A stretch of DNA of 63,642 nt, counting the filler, from Octopus bimaculoides (taxonomy: Eukaryota), in assembly GCF_001194135.2 (NCBI RefSeq). It is 8 parts of 8 records of this genome, joined end to end, with 100 filler letters (N's around TTAATTAATTAA, not from the genome) between each part and the next. Parts side by side here need not be neighbours in the genome. Positions count along the whole stretch, not along the records: positions 23,492 to 37,457 come from NC_068984.1; 7 more parts are not named here. The stretch is one strand, 5' to 3'. The notes under the pieces were generated by a model. That model was given only the letters and a program-made list of their open reading frames with translations. It searched no databases and was not told where the DNA came from. Of this stretch, positions 23,918 through 34,420 are shown in pieces (position 1 is the first letter of the stretch; each line of letters starts with the position of its first letter). The translations under genes were made by a program, and so were the position numbers.

Positions 23918-25289
23918 TTAATTCCTTGTATTTATTTTGGGTAGCATAGCTACTCATGGAGAAAGTATCAATTAAAATAACATTAACGATTTGTCCTTGG
24001 TTACTAGGCTGATAGCATCTGTATCACTGGTGATGCTATCAGTACAGTGACCAGCAACAAGCCATTAATGTTACTTTAACATATATTTGTTTATATGCTT
24101 TTCTATGTGGATAGATATGTTATCCAAAATATAAGGAAGTACAAGATTTTACTTTCGTTTTGCAGTGTAAAAATCTTTCTATTAAAATCTATTTTCTTAA
24201 AACCTTTATTTCATTCAAGCGGAAGTTAATTTTATGCTGTGGTACATTATCCATATTTTCTTATATTATCCCATCCAGCATGTATTACGTTTTAGCTATT
24301 TGCTTTGATTATGGCGTTTATGTTGTGACCTCGGAAAATATGTACATACTTGCACACACACACACGCACGCACACATTGTGTTCAGTTATTCAGTCATTG
24401 TTGTCATCATTTCAAGAATAGTTTTTATGATGGTTAATTGAATTGAATTCAACGCCGTAGAGAATTACGACTGAAATGACGATGCCTCGATCAGACGTAA
24501 GCACTAAGTGTTTACAGAAAATAATTATGCGTATGTGGCTGTGCATATATGTTATCTATATATGTATGTGGATGTATGTGCGCATGTGTGCATGTATGAA
24601 TGTGTGTGTGCGTGTATGTGTGTGTGTGTGTGTTAGATTTTATTAAGTATATAGCGACATGTAGTTGCAGACATAGGGATCATCTTCATTTTTAAACATG
24701 GTACATTGCGGACATGAGAGTTCGAGAAAAATTATGTCCATTAAAGGCTCGAAATCTTTTCAGCCTTAACTTCTGAATGAAATGATAATAGTGATACAAC
24801 AGTAACAACAGTACCGCGTTTTGTAGTAGGCAGTGAAGGATAGTGGAAATAATGCCGTCACTGATGAAATCGTCATCACCGTACTTAAAATTATTTAACG
24901 GTTAATTCCAGACTGCTTCTATAGTCTATTTCAGGTGTATTGTGTCTGTGAATTAATATTTGGTTCGCATTTTACAATTAATAAAACTTCCATAGTTAAT
25001 TTATGGTTGTTTTATCAATCAGACGGTAGCGTTGTCAATTATTTTGTTTTCTATCGAGATTTGCTTCTGTTCTCTATTACTACGCGTTGTAATGGCTCAC
25101 TTTTGTAAATGCATTGCCAATAACCACGAAATAAAAATAGACAAAATATATTAATTAATAACATTAACATCCTATACAGTACTCTACAATAAACAAACAT
25201 ACAAACAAAAAGGTTAACTCTTATTATATGCTGATGATTGTTGGATATAGCATAAAAGCTCAATATTTATTTATATGTTGGATTTGCTT

Positions 25290-25322
<33 letters not shown>

Positions 25323-25326
25323 TGAT

Positions 25327-25379
<53 letters not shown>

Positions 25380-25646
25380 TGTATATACACATACGCGCGC
25401 ACGCACCCACACACTCACACACGCGCACACACATACATACACAATCGTGATATGAATACTTCTACTTAAGTATTTTAGGTTGAGAAAATTTGTTGCATAT
25501 ACATTAATTCTGGCCAATGTTCATCTCGTTACTCAGAGTTTCAAGTCAGAAAGGAGTCATAAATAAAATCAGAACTATAGACAATAGCATAATTTGCATA
25601 TTTGCCATTTTGACAGTTCGCCATTAATTAAACAATATATACTTAA

Positions 25647-25815
25647 GGCAGCGAGCTGGCAGAATCGCTAGCACGCGGGGCGAAATGCTTAGCAGTATTT
25701 CGTCCGTCCTTACGTTCTGAGTTCAAATTCTGGCGGGATTAACTTTGTATTTCATCCTTTCGGGGTCGATAAAATAAGAACCAGTTGAGAACTGGGGTCG
25801 ATGAAATCGACTTCA
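25647..25815 (+). mobile_element. SINE family B
   Basis: GGCAGCGAGCTGGCAGAATCGCTAGCA (A box)...GAGTTCAAATTC (B box)...tttcatcctttcggggtcgataaaataag...ctggggtcgatg. Confidence 0.85.
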
Positions 25816-26189
25816 CTACTCCTGGGTATGAGTATAAAAACTGCATCTCTCTGCCAAGCCATGTTAAACCAGTTGTCAGAGTAGGCTCATCAAACCTCAA
25901 GCTCAAATTTACGACCTCCACATCAGACTGTGGTTGGTGGTGAGAACATGCTGAGGTCTTCGTCCTGAAGTGGAGTGAACGAAGGCAATCCAATCCAATA
26001 CTTATGCCCAACACTGTCTGAATTAGAAGAACTGAAATAAATTCAAATATTACATAGTTTAGCTGTAGTTGATATAAGAATGTAAACTCATCCTCACTAT
26101 GCTTCTGCTGTGAGGAAAATAGAAAGGAACACCTTAACGGACTGTGTCACTGTTTGTTGATTACTCATCACAAATAACGAATCTTGTTT

Positions 26190-26757
26190 CCTTCCCTCCA
26201 ATCGACAACACACATACAAAAGCACAGACATTATTGGTATGAATACGAATTCATAGTCTGGATATAGAAGCTGGAGGTTTCAAAACAGTTGTCCATAGAT
26301 ATCCTCTTTTTCTTTGATTTTTATCTGCAGGGCAGCTGACCTCTATGATGGTACATACTTTTGCCCCTCTTTCTTAAACAACAATATCCGGCCTGTTATG
26401 TTTACATTTGATGGGAATATTCTACCAGTATTCTTTGAGTTGGTGTTTATGAATGTATTCCATACGGAGGGATTTTCTAAGTTTATTTCAGGACAGTCTT
26501 TTTTGCAGATGGTATTGTAAATTGTTTTAGTAACAACATCGTGCCGCATAAGGAGGTAGTACTGTGACGACATTTTAGGACAGCTGCTAATAGTATGCGT
26601 AATGTCTTTCACAGAAGCATGATATAGCCTACACATGTGGTTGCACCTTGGGATTACAAGAGCGTCACTGTCTCTTGTTCACCAGGTATTTTGTGGCAAT
26701 CTCCTGTTCCTGGATTGCAAACGCACAGTCTTCAAAGTGTGATGTAGTGGTCTTGTG
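26190..26757 (-). mobile_element. R4/Dong-like LINE C-terminal fragment (CCHC plus restriction-like endonuclease)
   Basis: SHFEDCAFAIQEQEIATKYL; CRLYHASVKDITHTISSCPKMSSQYYLLMRHDVVTKTIY; EVSCPAD..IKEKEDIYGQL..LQLLYPDYEFVFIPI. Confidence 0.75.
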
Positions 26758-27031
26758 TCCAAGAGAGGATGTATGTATGTGTGTATGTATGTATGCATGT
26801 ATGTATGTATTTATGCATGTATGTATGTATGTATGTATGTATGTAAGTATGTATGTTTGCATGTTTGTATGTATGTATTCATACAACAAAGGTGTATGTT
26901 TATAATTGCCGTTATAATGTATAAATTCATAAATCCTGCTACAGAGTGTTACTTTAAATGTGATTAATAACTAAATATTACATAACATCTAATTTGTTTT
27001 AAAGTGTTCTATAATTATTTTCCTCTTTCAG

Positions 27032-27059
27032 GTACTGGGTTTCGAGCAGGTTTCCGGTG
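27032..27059 (+). other. Candidate 28-nt micro-exon of an unidentified host gene
   Basis: ttttcctctttcAG|GTACTGGGTTTCGAGCAGGTTTCCGGTG|GTAAGT: polypyrimidine acceptor and consensus donor, open in all three frames. Confidence 0.35.
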
Positions 27060-27317
27060 GTAAGTAACTTTTCTCCAGAGAGTGTGAAGGCTATATTGTT
27101 TCGTAGCTGCAATTTGAAAGTTAAATCTTGTTGCACTGTCTTTCATGTTGAATCTACCTGATGATTACTTTAATAGTAGAAGTGAATGTGAAATACCCAG
27201 TCACTTTCTCTCTGATACAATAACTAAGCAGTTTTGTTGATCGAACAACAGGAACTCTCATTCGTTGAAATCGAGGTGTAATTTGTTCATATTGCATCGT
27301 AGGAAAGAAAACATTAA

Positions 27318-27536
27318 CCTTTTAGTACTTAAATGGCCATAACCAGCCTAAATATTCTATCTGGTTTATGTTCAAACCGACCAACTCCAGCTTCTTACAC
27401 CAACCCTACAATGTCATTCTAAATATAAACAAACACATCATTGAAATTTAGCAGCTATGAGGTTATGCATGATTAATTCAAAACGTTGTGAAGAAATAAG
27501 CATTATATTTGACAGAGTAATCTGAAAGCTAAAGGG
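27318..27536. mobile_element. piggyBac-like MITE
   Basis: TTAA|CCTTTTAG...CTAAAGGG|TTGG termini; no ORF. Confidence 0.7.
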
Positions 27537-28841
27537 TTGGAATTGATTTCTTACATATACCGCATTTTGTCTGGAAAAAAAAAAGCTCAAAAAAAAAGGA
27601 TGGTTGCAGTTGGGACACCTATGATTATGTTCACTCGATAAGAGCTGACTTGTGGTTAGACATAAACAATCTCATGTTTACTTACAATGACTTTTTTATT
27701 TAAATAGGAAGAGTAGAATCAATCTGGGACGTTCATATTTTTAAGAACATTTGCAGACTGTATGAATTGGGTTCCTGGAAATCAATGTCTTGCAGAAAGT
27801 TCTTGTCTTAATATTTGAACTTCTGACTAATTGGTTCGCTAAATTTAGTTAATTACTTTTGACAGGCGAACCAGAGAAAGACGCCTACACCCAATCTACA
27901 AAAAATAGCAAGCAATTTTTTTTAATATCCCACTTTCTGTCTTCAAAGAGGAAGAAGTACTGTGTCGTGGAATCTTAGATACACTGTGCCAAAAAATTAA
28001 AGACGGAATGATTATGGCTGGAACGACTTTAATCATTGGTTTGCTCGATAAGTGAGGGTATCTGGAAGTTCTAGCACCTGTTTCGCAATCACCCGTAGTA
28101 ATGACGTGTCTTGTATTGTCTCAAACAATTTTATAGAACACCAGTGTCCCTTGGAATGACGTATAATTGAGGCAGAGTACACAGTTCTTTGCTTTGTTTA
28201 TTTACTGTTTGTTTCTTTCTTAATACCTTTTCTTCTTTGGCTGGTATTTTTTTAACTGTTTACTTTTGTAAGTTATCGCATCAGTTTTCCATTAATCATA
28301 TCAGTTCCCAAATATTACTGATTACTTTTCTGGTGCCTGTTACTAGGTTTCTTGTAACAGATAGGAATGTTCGGAGTTTCTATGGAAATAAACAGTTTCC
28401 TCTTTAAGTTTTCTGTTGGGATAATACCAGCAAGTCAATCTTTGTTAAGATGGTGATAATAGTTATAGTTAGGTTGAATTTTTTTAATTCTTTACTAGGT
28501 TCTTTATGTTTACTAGGTTCTCATATGGCTTTAGATTGCCAGGTCATCGTTCCTGTAAGAGAGTCGAACTGTGGGAGTGTATTGGTCTTTTACGTTATTT
28601 ATGCTAAACAATCCGAAAGGGTCAAGTCAGTGAATTGGCCGTGTCGTAACTTCTCACAGATACGTCAAACAGTGGATTCTTTTGTCCATCACTCGACAAT
28701 GTAAGCAACTTGGAGATAGTTGGACCTGAAGATTAAATAAACTGGTTCTGTGTAAGTTGCAACATATGTAACAAGCATTGCTTTGATGTGAAACGGTCGT
28801 AGTCCGTGTTTTACATGTTCCATTCTTTACATTCTCGGATT

Positions 28842-28881
<40 letters not shown>

Positions 28882-28892
28882 TGTGTGTTTGT

Positions 28893-29325
28893 GTGATAAC
28901 AGAGCAGGCGGTGGAGATGCAAATAGACGTCTTCATGTGTTTCATAGATTACATAAAGGCTTTTGACAAAGCAAGACATGACATCATTTGAAGAACCCAG
29001 TAACCTTGATCTGCAAGGGAAAAACCGCTGAATCTTGCAGAAACTGTAGAACCAATCAGCATGCATAAATAAGAAACTGCTTCGTGAAATAAGGGCCAAA
29101 CCACTGAGAATTGATATTTCTTGATCTTGTCATAGGAAAAAGGGCCTGGAGAATTTAGTGATGGCCGGAAAGGTTGGAGGGGGGAGTAAAGGAAGGAGAA
29201 AGTCAAGCTTGACGAACTGGTTGGGAGAAAGGGAGATTAAACATCAGGAAGTGGGATTGTTGCAGAGAACAAAGAACAGAATTGTGAAAGGACATGGTCG
29301 CCCATGTCCTGCATACATTCTGGAC
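28893..29325 (+). mobile_element. Internally deleted RTE RT remnant
   Basis: EQAVEMQIDVFMCFIDYIKAFDKARHD, then GLENLVMAGKVGG...LTNWLG...LLQRTKNR. Confidence 0.75.
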
Positions 29326-31215
29326 ATGGAACGCAAAAAGAAAGAAAGAAAGAATAGAGAAATCATAAAGTAAATGTATGACGTATGTTTTCCTGATATC
29401 ACCTCAGTTTTAATGTAGTAGATGCTTTATTCAAATCATTTGAATTGAAAATAAAAAGACGTTGTCCATTGTCTTTGAGAGTTGATAAGTTTCCGGTGTT
29501 TTATAGGAAACAGTAAATCTAAAAGTCAATGATACAAGTTTAAACAAGACTGGTTGCTATGTATTGCCTCACTTCTTTAATCCATATTTCGATTTTCTAA
29601 ATAAAAATGGAGATTGAATATGCAATAATCAATTTTATTGATGTTCTCCGATTAAAAACAAAAATTATTTTGCAAAATAAATTACTGAGAGGTAACATTT
29701 CGGATTTTATTATTTTTCATCACTTTATCTTATTTAGGTGCAATTAATGTATTTATCGGAACAGATTAGATTTATCTCCCATAAACTTCGTTCGGAGGCT
29801 GTTTTACATTTCGATGTTTTCTAAGCAGTTTTTGCTCGTCTGAGCTAACACGCTACTTTCCACATTCACCAGGGCTTAAAGCAAGACCCCTCACTAAATT
29901 CTTTTTCAATTCACTCTTCATCTGAGTTACAGCCTACCTGATATGCTTGCTATGTTTTCCCTACAGATAACACCGACGTATATCTAAACTCAAGAACATA
30001 TTTTTGACGCCACCAATCTAAAAGTGTCTATAGAATCATAGGTACTGCTCTCCCCAGTCATATGACTAAATAATAGAAGACATAGTTGCGACAGTAGCAA
30101 ACGCCTGTACACGTTGAAATGCATTTATAAGTCCAGTATTATTCATCATCCTCTGTATAATAATCTGCTTGTTCGTTCGTCCGTTGTACTTTAGTTATAG
30201 AGAGGTAGAGGTGGAGTGAGTGAGAGATGGAGTAAGAGTGAGTGAGAGAGAGAAAGAGAGAAAAGTGAAGAAAGAAGAGAGGAAGTTGAGAAATGTGATT
30301 AATATTGATACACTTAGGCCAAATGCCTCACGTGCTCAACTGAAAGGAGCGACGAAGCTGGAAGAAAAAGATGGCGAAAGAAAAAGAAGGAGAGAAGTAT
30401 TAACGACGTTAACACTTCTCTCCCTCTTTACATTTCAAACTATTGATTCCAAGAAACATGGCTGCAAGCTGCTCGAGAAAGAATGCGCAGAGCACGGATC
30501 AAAGAGGATCAGCGAGATGATATGATAAAAAAAGAAAAAAGACAACACCGACGAAGATGTGATGAAATGAATGTAGACGAACGTCAAGTATATTCAAAGA
30601 ATGCTAAACTATGAACGCAGATCATCCTTTCATAAATAGGTCCTCTTAACTGTTTTAATTTCCTGGAACTTACACGGGTCCTTCTGTTAATGTAACACTT
30701 GGTTCCATATATTTGAGTGTATATATATATATATATATNNNNNNNNNNNNNNNNNNNNNNNNNNNNNNNNNNNNNNNNNNNNNNNNNNNNNNNNNNNNNN
30801 NNNNNNNNNNNNNNNNNNNNNNNNNNNNNNNNNNNNNNNNNNNNNNNNNNNNNNNNNNNNNNNNNNNNNNNNNNNNNNNNNNNNNNNNNNNNNNNNNNNN
30901 NNNNNNNNNNNNNNNNNNNNNNNNNNNNNNNNNNNNNNNNNNNNNNNNNNNNNNNNNNNNNNNNNNNNNNNNNNNNNNNNNNNNNNNNNNNNNNNNNNNN
31001 NNNNNNNNNNNNNNNNNNNNNNNNNNNNNNNNNNNNNNNNNNNNNNNNNNTGATATTTGATAGGATGAGATTCCTCATCGAAACCGGAAGTATCTTATTT
31101 ATATAATTTTAAAATTATTTTTATTAAATCCCTTCTTAAATTGAAATGTCTTAGATTTACTTCTGTGTGATTTCCACCTCCCTCCTTTATATATAAAAAT
31201 TTATACACACACACA

Positions 31216-31260
<45 letters not shown>

Positions 31261-31262
<2 letters not shown>

Positions 31263-31415
31263 TTATTAAAGCTGCAAAATTATCACAAAAGCTGTTACTC
31301 GGAGTTTCACGTTCCCGTTCGTCGGACAGTTGTGACGAAAACTAAACTGTCCGACGAACGGAAGCGTGAAACTCAGGGTAACAGCTTTTGTGATAATTTT
31401 TCAACTTTAATAAAA
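31261..31415. mobile_element. ~70-bp-arm inverted repeat with 13-nt spacer; each arm holds a minimal hammerhead-like motif (Penelope-like terminal-repeat derivative)
   Basis: Arms 31261-31331 and 31345-31415. Plus motif CTGT-CCGACGA-ACG gaag CGT-GAAA-C tcagg G-TA-ACAG (31347-31384); mirror motif on minus 31292-31329. Confidence 0.65.
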
Positions 31416-31504
31416 GCATATTACTCTACCTTTGGTATTCAAGTACTATTGTTTTCACCTTGTTTGAACTTATGTACACACCTGTGCGCGTACGTGTGTA
31501 TAAA

Positions 31505-31838
31505 GTAAAGACTCCCTTCGGTCACAAATGACCATGGGACTGCACCTCAAAGGTTCCCCTCCGAGGCACAAGTCCGGGCAAAGATTTTTCTGAAAGACCA
31601 GCAGTCGCCCATACGTAGCAGTTTCTCCCTCCGCGCCACTGATATTGCCCAAGGGAGAAGCAAAAGCCAATACAACTTGGAATCAATGACGTCGCAACTC
31701 ATTTCTACAACTGAGTAAAACTGGAGCGACGTGAAATAAAGTGTCTTCTTCAAGAACACAACACGGCTCGGTCCGAGAATCGAACTCACAACCTCAAGAT
31801 TGTAAGCCCAATGCTCTAAGCAATGAGTCATGCGTCTC

Positions 31839-31840
<2 letters not shown>
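31505..31840 (-). mobile_element. tRNA-derived SINE (family C)
   Basis: Minus head GTGGAGACGCATGACTCATTGCTTAGAGCA...GAGTTCGATTCTCGG followed by gtgttgtgttcttgaagaagacactttatttcac. Confidence 0.75.
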
Positions 31841-31869
<29 letters not shown>

Positions 31870-32982
31870 ACACACACACGCACACACATATATATATGTG
31901 TGTGTGTGTATGTATGTATATTGAGATATTATAAAAGTCAGCATGAGATAATGCTCACCTTGGAGCTTAGCTTCCGTATCCTGGATGCTGTTGCTGCCAC
32001 ACGCATAAGCAGAAAATATCCTTGACCTATACAAAATAAGGATGTTCAACTAAACTTCTCGCCAGCATTTTACAAATACTAACTCAAGGACGCTTCGTTT
32101 CCATAACTTCTACCCCACTGAATTATCTCACTGAAATCAAAAATCCATCTGCGTCCATTTGACAAACTAATCTTTCTTCTTTCAGATATACTTCGTCTCA
32201 CATTGGAGATCACTCAATCATTACTGCAGTCCTCTGAAAGTTCTTAGTAAATATTCTCACGCAATTATTGGATTAAAGATGTTTCTATTGAATATGAAAC
32301 GTATCAATGTATCTTACAAGTCCAGAAGAGTGTGCATAAGTCATAGGCATTGCTTTTACTCTTTTATTACGGTGGTGGTGGGTCACTAACTTTGAAACAC
32401 TACAGTGTTCTACTTTAGTTCTAAATGGAAGTACCATGCGATAAATATTTGTGTGTGCAAGTGTTTTGTATATTTGGACTTACCCAAATACCTACAGCCC
32501 AGTTCATGATGTGTATATATATATATATATATNNNNNNNNNNNNNNNNNNNNNNNNNNNNNNNNNNNNNNNNNNNNNNNNNNNNNNNNNNNNNNNNNNNN
32601 NNNNNNNNNNNNNNNNNNNNNNNNNNNNNNNNNNNNNNNNNNNNNNNNNNNNNNNNNNNNNNNNNNNNNNNNNNNNNNNNNNNNNNNNNNNNNNNNNNNN
32701 NNNNNNNNNNNNNNNNNNNNNNNNNNNNNNNNNNNNNNNNNNNNNNNNNNNNNNNNNNNNNNNNNNNNNNNNNNNNNNNNNNNNNNNNNNNNNNNNNNNN
32801 NNNNNNNNNNNNNNNNNNNNNNNNNNNNNNNNNNNNNNNNNNNNNNNNNNNNNNNNNNNNNNNNNNNNNNNNNNNNNNNNNNNNNNNNNNNNNNNNNNNN
32901 NNNNNNNNNNNNNNNNNNNNNNNNNNNNNNNNNNNNNNNNNNNNNNNNNNNNNNNNNNNNNNNNNNNNNNNNNNNNNNNTAT

Positions 32983-33020
32983 ATAAAATTAAAAATCAAA
33001 AATTTAAAATTAAAAATGTA

Positions 33021-33060
<40 letters not shown>

Positions 33061-33095
33061 TACATTTTTAATCTTAAATTTTTGATTTTTAATTT
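32983..33095. repeat. AT-rich palindrome centred on a (TA)n tract
   Basis: aattaaaaatcaaaaatttaaaattaaaaatgtaagat-(at)n-atcttacatttttaatcttaaatttttgatttttaatt. Confidence 0.85.
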
Positions 33096-34006
33096 TTAAA
33101 TTTTTAATTGTTTAATAATATATATAAAAAACACGCGCGCGCACACACACATACATGTATGCGTATGTGTATGGATACATATGTGACTGTATATATGTGA
33201 GTATGCGGGCCTATATAACAGTGCATATACACGTTTATATGTATATGTGCGCATGTATGCGGATATCTATATACACATTTTTCTTTCTCTCACTGATTTA
33301 TCAGTCCCCACTATCATTTTAACTAGTACAATCTCTGATTTCATATAAATGCCTACGTCTATTTTTAGAAACTCGACCATTATATCTTCTTATTCTTCCC
33401 TACTTTTTTGAGGTTTACTACTCACTTCTAGTACGTCCCCTCCGTACTACATTCTTTATCTATCTCTTCACCTTAGTGCCATTTTAAACATATCACCCAC
33501 CTCCCACTTCTCACACGTATTCCTTCCTTACATTCTTATCTCTCCCTTCTATCCCTCCTCCTATTCCTTTTATCTACTGATAGCTCTCCTCTCCCCACCC
33601 CATCACAATATCTCGACCACCATCTAGCACTCCTTTTTTTCCTTTTCTCTTCCTCTTTCTTTCTTTCCTCCCCTAATCCTTTTGACCCAAACCATTTTCT
33701 TCCTTCTAACATACTTATCTATTCTCTTCTCTCTCTACTTTCACCTACCATTATATTCTCAAAATTTCATTTACACTACAAGATCCCTTTGAATGAATAG
33801 CACATGGAATTAATATCTGCACACTATCCATTTGTAATAACAAAATATGAGCTCCTATCGGAATTTACATACCATGGACAAGAAGCCTCTTTACCCATTC
33901 TCCACAGCACATTCCTTGGATAATGGAACAGTAACTTTAACATCCAACATATATTTTTTTATTCTTATATTTCTCTTTATACTTCTTATATTGAACTCTC
34001 TCATAT

Positions 34007-34056
34007 CGTCTCTGATGATGGGATATCTGTTATATCCCTGAAACAGCCGTAAAACT
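34007..34056 (+). ncRNA. Degenerate type I hammerhead-ribozyme-like motif downstream of a pyrimidine-rich tract (33260-33990); probable Penelope-like element end
   Basis: gtct-CTGATGA-t GGGATA tctgtta TATCCC t-GAAA-C agcc G-TA-aaac. Confidence 0.5.
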
Positions 34057-34420
34057 ACTTTTCTCTTGATAAATGTCCTAGAAATTTCGTACTACCTTGG
34101 CTTTGTTGTCTCATCTTTAACACGCTCACACACGACCCGCATTAAACTCCTCACTCATACTATTATCGAACCGGGTGTTTAACAGCGGTCCTTCCGTAGT
34201 ACTTACATAACCTTACCTGCCTTTTGAGTCTTCTGGATAACAAAATCTCTTATATATATATATATATATNNNNNNNNNNNNNNNNNNNNNNNNNNNNNNN
34301 NNNNNNNNNNNNNNNNNNNNNNNNNNNNNNNNNNNNNNNNNNNNNNNNNNNNNNNNNNNNNNNNNNNNNNNNNNNNNNNNNNNNNNNNNNNNNNNNNNNN
34401 NNNNNNNNNNNTACAGAGGC

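Noticed and set aside
32030-32260. Possible mariner terminal fragment
   Set aside because: Only a vague TIR-like string; no matching second TIR or readable transposase motif.
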